A DNA stretch of 32,172 nt from a virus (Duplodnaviria > Caudoviricetes), in IMG/VR virus record IMGVR_UViG_3300046779_000412, positions 1 through 32,172 of that record, one strand, 5' to 3'. The notes under the pieces were generated by a model, which was not told the origin of the DNA, did not search any database, and saw only the letters and a list, made by a program, of their open reading frames with translations. The position numbers were made by a program, and so were the translations under genes. Of this stretch, positions 8,470 through 15,723 are shown in pieces (the first letter of the stretch is position 1; every line of letters starts with the position of its first letter).

Positions 8470-9899
8470 TGGAATATATTATTTGGTGTTTGATTGGTAC
8501 ATTATATGGAACATTAATCGGTGTTCTTCCAATGGCAGGTGCAACAACAGGACTGTTGACAGTCTTTGCCCTCGCCCCATATTTTTTAGCAGATCCATAT
8601 CTTGGTATTGTCTTTATGACAAGTGTTATTGCTTCATCAAGTACAGGTGATAGTTACACAAGTATTCTCACAGGTATTCCAGGTGGTGGTCAGACAGCTG
8701 CATCTATTATTGATGGTCACCCAATGGCTTTACGTGGAGAAGCAGGTAGAGCAATCGGTATTTCTCTGCTTGATAGTACAATTAATGGTGTTGTTTGGGG
8801 TTTGATTGCATTTGCTTTTTTACCATTTTATAGTAAGATAATTCTTTACTTTGGTGTTCCAGAATTTGCTGCATTATTCTTGTTGAGTTTTTGCTGCGTT
8901 GGTATGTTGACAAGTAAAAATTTCTTTTATGGATTCTTAAGTGTTATCGTTGGATTATACCTCGGACTAATTGGATTAGATCCAGGAACATCTTCTCCTA
9001 GATTTACATTTGGTTGGGATTATCTTGATTCGGGTATTCAGATCCTTCCAATGATTGCTGGATTATTTGCTATACCAGAATTGATCGAAGGGTGGAATCG
9101 TAGACATTATGCTGTAGTAAAAATTGAGAATTATTACCAGCAGGTGTTTCAAGGTTTTAGAGATTGCTTAGTATACTGGCGTGATGTTGTTCGTGGTGGA
9201 TTCATAGGATTCTTCACTGGCATTCTTCCAGGTGCTGGTGGAACTATCGGTGATATGATGTCATATTCTGTCACTGTTGCTAAAAACCCTAAAGAACAAT
9301 TTGGAAATGGTAACCCAAGAGGTCTAGCAGGATGTGAAGGTGCAAATAATGCACAGAAAGCATCTTCGCTTTTGCCAACAATATTGTTCGGTGTTCCAGC
9401 TGCACCTTTTGCTGCTGTGATGATGGCGATATGTGTTTATTTCGGTATGTATATGGGTAGTCCAGAATTAGCAACTGACACAAAGTTTATTTGGTCTATT
9501 GGTGCTAGTTTTATTGCTGCGACTATCATTACATTTATTCTGGGAATTTTTATCACTAAATATGTAGTGAAGATACTTGAGATTCCATATTGGATCTATG
9601 CAATAGGTATCCTCTGTATAGTTGTTTGGAGTTGCTTTCAATATACTGGAACTCTTAACGATTTATACATTTTAATTATGTGTAGTGTTGTCGGACTAGG
9701 TGCCAAATACTTACACTTAAGTAGACCTGCGATTTTGTTATCTTTCATTGTCGCAGAGAAATTTGAGAATTATGCCCAACAAGCATATACGTTGTATAGT
9801 ATTGGTGATCTAATCCAACGACCACTAACAGTTGGGCTATTCTCATTGTGTTTGTTTATACTTTATTGGACAATACTAAGGAGAAAGCCAAATGTATAA
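8469..9899 (+). CDS. tctA: Tripartite tricarboxylate transporter large permease, TctA family
   Basis: G.LIGVLP, SILTGIPG, DGHPMALRGEAGRA, PRFTFG, GLFAIPE, GILPGAGG, EGANNA; many TM helices. Confidence 0.9.
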   Translation: MEYIIWCLIGTLYGTLIGVLPMAGATTGLLTVFALAPYFLADPYLGIVFMTSVIASSSTGDSYTSILTGIPGGGQTAASIIDGHPMALRGEAGRAIGISLLDSTINGVVWGLIAFAFLPFYSKIILYFGVPEFAALFLLSFCCVGMLTSKNFFYGFLSVIVGLYLGLIGLDPGTSSPRFTFGWDYLDSGIQILPMIAGLFAIPELIEGWNRRHYAVVKIENYYQQVFQGFRDCLVYWRDVVRGGFIGFFTGILPGAGGTIGDMMSYSVTVAKNPKEQFGNGNPRGLAGCEGANNAQKASSLLPTILFGVPAAPFAAVMMAICVYFGMYMGSPELATDTKFIWSIGASFIAATIITFILGIFITKYVVKILEIPYWIYAIGILCIVVWSCFQYTGTLNDLYILIMCSVVGLGAKYLHLSRPAILLSFIVAEKFENYAQQAYTLYSIGDLIQRPLTVGLFSLCLFILYWTILRRKPNV

Positions 9900-10941
9900 G
9901 TACTTAATTGCAGCAGCAATCGCTGTTGTATCACTCACTGCTCGTGCAGAATATACTATGATTGTTCCAGATTCTCCTGGATCTGGTGGTGCAGTATGGG
10001 CATCAGTCATCGCTAAACATCTTAGCAAATACACAGACGAACCAATCGTGTTACAACACGTTCCAGGTGCACGCAATATTCCTGGAATGAACGAGTGGCA
10101 TAAAAAGTTTCGTCATGATGATAAAACTATGGTAGTAAGTCTTGGCTCGCACGCAGTAAATTTCTTGCTAGAACCAGTTGATTATAATTTTAGTGACTAC
10201 TCTGTTATTGGTATGATGAATCTTGATTTGGTTGTTGGTCATAATAAGAATCATGATCCAAAGTCTCAGAAGTCTAAGATGGCAGGTGGTAATGCTCTAA
10301 ACGATGCGCTTGCTGTTGGTATTATGATTTGTGGTCCACAACCAAACACTGATGCTTATCTTGCTTGTTGGAAAGAGCGTATGACATGGGTTAATGGTGT
10401 TGCTGGAAATCAGATTCGACCAATGTATATGCGTGGCGAAATTAATATCACACGTGACCCACCAACTTCTTGGATTCGTTTCTATGAGAAAGATCCAAAC
10501 ACAGTTGTCTGGTTTACTCATGGTCTTAAAGATCTAAAAACTGGTAAACAGATAGAAAACCCAAATTATAAAGGTAAACTGTTTGAGGATGTTTATAAAA
10601 AGACTTGGGGTGTAGCACCATCTGGTGATTTGTTTGAATCATATCATATGGCACGAACATTTAATAATGTTCTTCAAAAAGTTATTTGGGTTAACAAAGG
10701 TAATCCAAACGCAGAGAAACTTCGTGTTGCCATGAGAAAGATGTTGGCAGATCCAGAGGCAGTAAAAGCCATTGAAGAGGATTCTGGAAAATATGAATGG
10801 ATTGTTGGTGAACAAGCTGATAAGATTCGCCAAGATCTATTTAAAATGATCACAGAGAAGAGATTACAAACTCTTGTTCAGTGGTATCAGGGTGCTTATG
10901 GCACAAAAAGTGTATACAAGCCAGAACTTGTATCTAAATGA
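9892..10941 (+). CDS. tctC: Periplasmic substrate-binding protein, TctC/Bug-like (divergent)
   Basis: Signal peptide, IVPDSPGSGG, L.KY...PIVLQHVPGA, RGEIN; adjacent to tctA. Confidence 0.75.
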   Translation: MYKYLIAAAIAVVSLTARAEYTMIVPDSPGSGGAVWASVIAKHLSKYTDEPIVLQHVPGARNIPGMNEWHKKFRHDDKTMVVSLGSHAVNFLLEPVDYNFSDYSVIGMMNLDLVVGHNKNHDPKSQKSKMAGGNALNDALAVGIMICGPQPNTDAYLACWKERMTWVNGVAGNQIRPMYMRGEINITRDPPTSWIRFYEKDPNTVVWFTHGLKDLKTGKQIENPNYKGKLFEDVYKKTWGVAPSGDLFESYHMARTFNNVLQKVIWVNKGNPNAEKLRVAMRKMLADPEAVKAIEEDSGKYEWIVGEQADKIRQDLFKMITEKRLQTLVQWYQGAYGTKSVYKPELVSK

Positions 10942-10961
10942 TATTTTATAAAGGAACAATA

Positions 10962-11519
10962 ATGTTTAAGAAAATTTTAATCGCAACAACTTTAGTTGCA
11001 TCAACAAGTGTTTTTGCACAATCTTCTGTTACCATCACTAGTGGTAATCAGGCAGCAACCACTGGAGTAGATTCATCAATTATCAATGTCTCAGCTAAAA
11101 CACGTTTGTTTGGACAGACTGATGCAGATGTTGGTATTTTGACAACACGTGCTGAAACTACAGATAAATTAACTAATCGTTATGAGTTAGGTTTAACCCA
11201 AAATATGCCAATTGATGGTACTGTTTTATCATTTAGTTTACGTGGTGCATTTGGGCAGAAAGCAGTTTCTACTAGCCAACCATTTAACTATCATTCAGTT
11301 GAGCCAGCAGTCACAGCAAAAGTTGGTGCTGTTACAGCAAAGTTAGGGTATCGTTGGAGAGATGCATTTAATAATGTTAATGCAGATAAGAGTGAAACAA
11401 CTCGATTTGCTATCACATATGATCTAACAAAGAAAGACAAGATCGGTATGGGGTATGATATCCTGCGTGGTGATGGTGCTAACAAATCTACAACAGTAGC
11501 ATATACAAGAAATTTTTAA
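10962..11519 (+). CDS. Outer-membrane beta-barrel protein (small porin-like)
   Basis: Sec signal MFKKILIATTLVASTSVFA, amphipathic beta-strands, C-terminal beta-signal YTRNF; SD AAGGAA supports start 10962. Confidence 0.75.
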   Translation: MFKKILIATTLVASTSVFAQSSVTITSGNQAATTGVDSSIINVSAKTRLFGQTDADVGILTTRAETTDKLTNRYELGLTQNMPIDGTVLSFSLRGAFGQKAVSTSQPFNYHSVEPAVTAKVGAVTAKLGYRWRDAFNNVNADKSETTRFAITYDLTKKDKIGMGYDILRGDGANKSTTVAYTRNF

Positions 11520-11530
11520 TAAATAGATTT

Positions 11531-11897
11531 ATTGCTGTATGAAGCAATGAGAAAGGTGTTCTGGACGAGGGTTCGATTCCCTCCACCTCCACCAAAAGGA
11601 ATTTTATGAGTAATTTATTGCTTGGATTATTAATTATAGGTTTACATGGTTATTGGGTTTACAAACTTGTAACATATGATTGGAGTCAGTATGATGAAGA
11701 TCAAAAGCAATTAGATGAAGATTTCTTTTGATGGGGGTGACTAGGTTTCGACAGGGCAATTAGTAACAGAGTGGACAGCACGACACAGAGAGTCGTAAAA
11801 AGTAAACAACGTAAACGCAAACGACGCACAGTTCGCATTAGCAGCCTAAACGCTGCTTAGGGTTTCGGTAGGTTTCCTCGTAACAGAATAACCTACC
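11531..11897 (+). ncRNA. ssrA: Circularly permuted (two-piece) tmRNA gene
   Basis: T-arm GAGGG-TTCGATT-CCCTC (11567-11583) and CACCTCC-A-CCA (11584-11594) lie upstream of the 5' acceptor strand GGGGGTG (11733-11739, G3:U70 pair) and TTCGAC D-like loop. Tag frame ANDAQFALAA* at 11817-11849; late promoter TAAATA 11520-11525. Outer ends are approximate. Confidence 0.93.
11606..11731 (+). CDS. 41-aa single-TM peptide encoded within the tmRNA intervening segment
   Basis: SD AAGGA right after CCA; MSNLLLGLLIIGLHGYWVYKLVTYDWSQYDEDQKQLDEDFF*; one base separates the stop from tmRNA G1. Confidence 0.7.
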   Translation: MSNLLLGLLIIGLHGYWVYKLVTYDWSQYDEDQKQLDEDFF

Positions 11898-11915
11898 ACT
11901 AATTCGGAGATAAAA

Positions 11916-12428
11916 ATGAAAGTTGCAGTGCTTTGCAATGGTCCAAGTAGATTTGCCTATACTGGTAGATTAGGGTATGATTATGTTATTGGTTGTAATA
12001 TTCCTTGGACTGAAGTAGATGCAACTGTTGTTTTAGATGAAAATGTTATACATCGCTGGGCAAAAGAACCAGATCTAATTAGATGTAAAACATATTTCAG
12101 TAGAAAAGCATGGATGGAAACAGACGCTATTAAGAAACGTGATTTCTTCCATCCATATCTTATTGAAGTCATAGATATAATGCCTGAGTATGATTCGAGT
12201 GGACATAATGCAGCAAGATGTGCAATAAAACTTGGTGCTAAACAACTAGACATATATGGTTGCGATTCATGGTTTGAACAAACTCTTGTTAGTTATACTC
12301 ATAAGTATTTTAACGATCTCAATCCAGACAACACTAAGAAACATGTTATGGGTTGGCGTAAAAGGTGGGAAGAGATAATAAAATCGAATCCTGATGTAAT
12401 GTTTAATTTTATAAGGAATGTGTCATGA
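11916..12428 (+). CDS. DUF115/MAF-flag10/GT29-like Rossmann-fold protein
   Basis: VAVLCNGPSR, IGCN, SSGH.A...A.KLGAKQLDIYGCD motifs; SD GGAG. Confidence 0.6.
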   Translation: MKVAVLCNGPSRFAYTGRLGYDYVIGCNIPWTEVDATVVLDENVIHRWAKEPDLIRCKTYFSRKAWMETDAIKKRDFFHPYLIEVIDIMPEYDSSGHNAARCAIKLGAKQLDIYGCDSWFEQTLVSYTHKYFNDLNPDNTKKHVMGWRKRWEEIIKSNPDVMFNFIRNVS

Positions 12429-12628
12429 AAACTTTAATCGCAGCAACTATGTTAGTATTTGCATCAGCTTCATTTGCAGCTGAACCAGCAAAGAAAGATG
12501 CAAAAGCAGCTCCAGCAGCAGAACAGAATTGTGTTAAGAAAGACAAGAATGGTAAGTGCCCACCTGCACCAAAGAGTGAAAAGCCAACACCTAAAAAGAA
12601 AGCTGAAAAACCAGCTGAGAAAAAGTAA
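12425..12628 (+). CDS. Small exported Lys/Ala/Pro-rich protein with one Cys pair
   Basis: Signal peptide MKTLIAATMLVFASASFA; CVKKDKNGKC; SD AAGGA. Confidence 0.7.
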   Translation: MKTLIAATMLVFASASFAAEPAKKDAKAAPAAEQNCVKKDKNGKCPPAPKSEKPTPKKKAEKPAEKK

Positions 12629-12632
12629 TACC

Positions 12633-12706
12633 TAAATAATAGACACGAGGGTTGGAAGAACCCTTTAAAACTTCCATTTTACACACAACACACAAAGGAG
12701 AAGTAA
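12633..12706 (+). promoter_or_regulatory. Late promoter plus structured leader (H-type pseudoknot, CA-rich spacer, SD)
   Basis: TAAATA 12633-12638; AGGGT/ACCCT and GGAAG/CTTCC interlocked stems; ACACACAACACACA; AAGGAG. Confidence 0.6.
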
Positions 12707-12982
12707 ATGTCAAATCTGACTCCGTTCGAGATTCGCCTTGAACTATTAAAAATGGCGAAAGATATGCTTACCGAAGATTACTACGGAAAGCGTGAAGTCA
12801 TTAACAATGACTGGCAGATGAAAATTGAATCTGCTAAACTCAATGGTGGTGTGGTTCCTGATCATCCAGGATTCCCTCCATATCCAACAGAAGCCGAAAT
12901 TATTGCTAAAGCACAGCAATTAAATGGCTTTGTTTCACAAATCCCAGCTACATTAGAAAAGACTAGCAAAAAGTCCGCTTGA
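12707..12982 (+). CDS. Conserved phage hypothetical protein
   Basis: PFEIRLELLKMAKDML...YPTEAEIIAKAQQLNGFVS; strong SD. Confidence 0.8.
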   Translation: MSNLTPFEIRLELLKMAKDMLTEDYYGKREVINNDWQMKIESAKLNGGVVPDHPGFPPYPTEAEIIAKAQQLNGFVSQIPATLEKTSKKSA

Positions 12983-12989
12983 TAGGGTT

Positions 12990-13022
12990 AGCCTATGTGG
13001 GATTAACACACCCATATAGGCT
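12990..13022 (+). other. Intergenic RNA hairpin (processing, stability or termination)
   Basis: AGCCTATGTGGG / CCCATATAGGCT, 12-bp stem with one G:U pair; no U-tract. Confidence 0.55.
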
Positions 13023-13042
13023 TATCAACTAAAGGAGATTGT

Positions 13043-13558
13043 ATGCGTCAACGAATTTATATCGTTACTTCGCTATTTCTAATTACATTACTAATTCTTG
13101 GTTATGCATTTCATCAAAAACCAAGAACTATTGAAGTACAATATACACAATTAACCTCATATGGTAAAAAAGAAGTTGATTGCTTAGCACAAAACATATA
13201 TTATGAATCAGGATACGAACCAGTAGATGGTAAAGTTGCTGTTGCATTGGTGACAATGAATAGAGTTAATGATCCAAGATATCCAAAAGATATTTGCTCT
13301 GTAGTGAAACAGAGAATAAAATATACATGTCAGTTCTCATGGTATTGTGAACAAGGTAAATCTATTAGAAATCAAGATGTATATCAAGAAGCGCAGAAGA
13401 TAGCACTATATGTATATGCAAATTATGAGACTTTAAAAGACTTAACAGGTGGTGCTTTGTTTTATCATGCAGATTATGTTAGACCAAAGTGGCACAATTT
13501 AGAAAAAACTGCAGTTATCGGAAGACATATTTTTTATAGAGAAAGAAATCCGTCATGA
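13043..13558 (+). CDS. Cell wall hydrolase, SleB/Hydrolase_2 family, with N-terminal TM anchor
   Basis: CLAQNIYYES, VA.V.MNRV, YP..IC.VV.Q, CQFSW, GALFYHADYV.P.W, IGRHIFY. Confidence 0.92.
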   Translation: MRQRIYIVTSLFLITLLILGYAFHQKPRTIEVQYTQLTSYGKKEVDCLAQNIYYESGYEPVDGKVAVALVTMNRVNDPRYPKDICSVVKQRIKYTCQFSWYCEQGKSIRNQDVYQEAQKIALYVYANYETLKDLTGGALFYHADYVRPKWHNLEKTAVIGRHIFYRERNPS

Positions 13559-14112
13559 TGAATAAATTAAATCTTCAATTAAAAGAAGACAGCTCACAAC
13601 ACTCGTTTTATCTTTTAATGGAAGAGATTTCTTTATCTTCTTGTAAACAAGTAGTTGAATGGATATTTGAATCAAATTTTACTGAAGAAAGACCAGACAT
13701 GTTAAATCTTATCATCACATCTCCAGGTGGTGATTTGAATGCAGCGTTTGCAGTGATTGATACCATGCGTGGTTCTGCAATCCCAATTAGAACTATTGGT
13801 CTTGGGCAAATTGCTTCTGCTGGTTTAATGATTTTTATTGCTGGTGAAAAAGGACAACGCATTTTGACCCCAAACACATCAATCTTAAGTCATCAATATA
13901 CTTGGGGTGCTTTTGGTAAAGAACATGAGTTGTTTGCCACTGTTAAAGAATTTGACTTAACTACTAAGAAAATGATTCAGCATTATAAAAAATGTACTGG
14001 ATTATCTGAATCTAAAATTCGTGAAATTCTTTTACCACCACAAGATATGTGGTTGAGTCCAATAGAGGCTAAAAAGTTAGGAATTTGCGACAATGTTAAA
14101 GAATTATCTTAA
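13555..14112 (+). CDS. clpP: ClpP-family protease proteolytic subunit
   Basis: ITSPGGD, GQIASAG (Ser), SHQ (His), QDMWLS..EA..LG..D (Asp). Confidence 0.92.
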   Translation: MMNKLNLQLKEDSSQHSFYLLMEEISLSSCKQVVEWIFESNFTEERPDMLNLIITSPGGDLNAAFAVIDTMRGSAIPIRTIGLGQIASAGLMIFIAGEKGQRILTPNTSILSHQYTWGAFGKEHELFATVKEFDLTTKKMIQHYKKCTGLSESKIREILLPPQDMWLSPIEAKKLGICDNVKELS

Positions 14113-14272
14113 GTATTCTGGATTGTGGTTGGGATTTGTATTAAATCCTCACTACTGGAATTTTAAACTAGAACATAAATCAGATGGATTGTTTGATGAT
14201 TATGTTTTCTTTTTGAATGTATCTTTTGGTCCATTCTGGTTTAGAATTATTATCGATAACGGTAAATGGTAA
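14093..14272 (+). CDS. 59-aa aromatic-rich hypothetical protein (not in ORF track)
   Basis: MLKNYLKYSGLWLGFVLNPHYWNFK...GPFWFRIIIDNGKW* fills the gap; its stop overlaps the SD of the next gene. Confidence 0.6.
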   Translation: MLKNYLKYSGLWLGFVLNPHYWNFKLEHKSDGLFDDYVFFLNVSFGPFWFRIIIDNGKW

Positions 14273-14281
14273 GGAGATTTT

Positions 14282-14524
14282 ATGAACGAAACTAGAGTTT
14301 TTATTATTGCTATTTTAATTGCATTTATTTCTATAATTTTTTCAATCACATATTATAATGTTACTCATTTGCAATCAATAGAAAAGAATGTTGAAACTGC
14401 TATTCAAAAAGGTATTGACCCAGTGGCAGTAAGATGTTCATATTCAAATGAAAAAGATAATGTGTGTGTTGCATATGCAGCATCTCATCAGAATCAAATT
14501 TCTTCTGGTAAAGGAAGTAAGTAA
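14282..14524 (+). CDS. Small membrane-anchored protein
   Basis: SD AAGGAG; N-terminal TM; KGIDPVAVRC...CVAYA. Confidence 0.75.
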   Translation: MNETRVFIIAILIAFISIIFSITYYNVTHLQSIEKNVETAIQKGIDPVAVRCSYSNEKDNVCVAYAASHQNQISSGKGSK

Positions 14525-14567
14525 GCATTTACTTACTTAAGATAACCCTACTAGATGTGGGGTTATC
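14515..14567. repeat. Two adjacent inverted repeats upstream of an early promoter
   Basis: AAGTAAGTAA-gcat-TTACTTACTT (14515-14538) and GATAACCCTAC-tagat-GTGGGGTTATC (14541-14567). Confidence 0.75.
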
Positions 14568-14570
14568 CCC

Positions 14571-14599
14571 TTGTCTTTAATTCCAATTTAGGGCATAAT
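14571..14599 (+). promoter_or_regulatory. sigma70-type promoter
   Basis: TTGTCT, 17 bp, CATAAT. Confidence 0.65.
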
Positions 14600-14632
14600 A
14601 TCTCTTATATCGTTGATTATGGAGATGTGAAA

Positions 14633-15328
14633 ATGGCTTTACTTACTGTTGGAAACCCAAAATTGCTTAAAGGTCAAAAGAAGGGATATCTGTCTTCTGT
14701 CCTTCATCTAGCACCTGCTGACTTATCTGGTAAAAATACCTGTCCAAAAGCCACAGCTGGATGTAAAGCTGCATGTTTGAATACTGCTGGGCGTGGTGGT
14801 ATCTTTAAGAAAGGTGAAACCACCAATGTGATCCAACAAGCACGTATTCGCAAAACCAAAATGTTCTTCGAGAATCGCAATCAATTCATGATTGAATTGG
14901 TCAAAGAGATTGAAGCCACAATTAAGAAAGCAGAGAAGCAAGGATTGATTCCAGTCTTTCGTCTGAATGGTACTTCTGATATTGCATGGGAGAAATATAC
15001 ACTACCAAATGGTAAGAATATTTTCCAACATTTCCCAGAAGTCCAGTTCTACGACTACACCAAAATTCTTGGTCGCAAAGTATCGCATATTCCAAACTAT
15101 CATCTGACTTTCTCCAAAGCAGATGGAAACGATATGGATGCACGTCTTGCTGCATCAAATGGTATGAATGTTGCAGTTGTGTTTCACAATGTTCCTGAAA
15201 CCTACATCGGTCGTACAGTGATCAATGGTGATGAAACCGATCTGCGTTTCTTGGATCCCAAAGGTGTCGTTGTTGGTCTCAAAGCCAAAGGTAAAGCCAA
15301 AAAAGACACTTCTGGTTTCGTAGTTTAA
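14633..15328 (+). CDS. GP88-like phage protein (Cys cluster)
   Basis: LHLAPA, CPKATAGCKAACL, RLNGTSDI.W, FYDYTK, NYHLTFS, GDETDLRFLDP..VVGLKAKG. Start set at 14633 by SD GGAG. Confidence 0.75.
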   Translation: MALLTVGNPKLLKGQKKGYLSSVLHLAPADLSGKNTCPKATAGCKAACLNTAGRGGIFKKGETTNVIQQARIRKTKMFFENRNQFMIELVKEIEATIKKAEKQGLIPVFRLNGTSDIAWEKYTLPNGKNIFQHFPEVQFYDYTKILGRKVSHIPNYHLTFSKADGNDMDARLAASNGMNVAVVFHNVPETYIGRTVINGDETDLRFLDPKGVVVGLKAKGKAKKDTSGFVV

Positions 15329-15331
15329 TCC

Positions 15332-15360
15332 TTGTCTTGCAACTTCAATTAGTGTATAAT
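15332..15360 (+). promoter_or_regulatory. sigma70-type promoter
   Basis: TTGTCT, 17 bp, TATAAT. Confidence 0.75.
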
Positions 15361-15366
15361 ACAATT

Positions 15367-15708
15367 ATGATTATTCATACTACCACTAAAAAATCTAAGA
15401 AACGCAAACCAACAGCCAAGCAGCGAGAGTTGCAAGCTGACTGGGAAACACTGATTAAGAAGTATGCCCCAAAGAAGCCGATAGCGAAGACTAAGGATGA
15501 TGGTTGGACATACTCGCTTGGGGTGACTGCTCGTCGGGAGACGCCTAAGATCCCAAGTCTTCCATTCACAGCTGGTCCATGCTTGAAAAAAGAGCAACCG
15601 ACATATACTGGGACTGCCATGAAGGGTATTGGAACTATGCACAAGTCTAATGCAGTTCCTATTTTTTCTGATGAAGATGCTGTAAACATTGCAAATATGC
15701 GCAGATAA
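15367..15708 (+). CDS. Basic conserved phage hypothetical protein (probably leaderless)
   Basis: YTGT.MKGIGTMHKSNAVPIF...A..IA.MRR C-terminus; ATG 7 nt after TATAAT. Confidence 0.75.
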   Translation: MIIHTTTKKSKKRKPTAKQRELQADWETLIKKYAPKKPIAKTKDDGWTYSLGVTARRETPKIPSLPFTAGPCLKKEQPTYTGTAMKGIGTMHKSNAVPIFSDEDAVNIANMRR

Positions 15709-15723
15709 ATAAATAATTGTTGT

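Noticed and set aside
6462-11519. Host chromosomal contamination or chimeric assembly
   Set aside because: Base composition, tight gene overlaps and flanking phage late-promoter cores match the rest of the window; read mapping would confirm.
11561-11594. Standalone tRNA-Ala or tRNA-fragment attachment site
   Set aside because: There is no anticodon arm. The complementary 5' strand and tag frame lie downstream, which fits a permuted tmRNA, and no integrase is nearby.
11595-11732. Group I intron in the tmRNA
   Set aside because: The segment lies between CCA and G1 rather than in the T-loop, is only 138 nt, and shows no recognisable catalytic core.
14555-14632. N-terminal extension of the GP88-like ORF
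   Set aside because: It runs through the palindrome and promoter; the SD supports ATG 14633.
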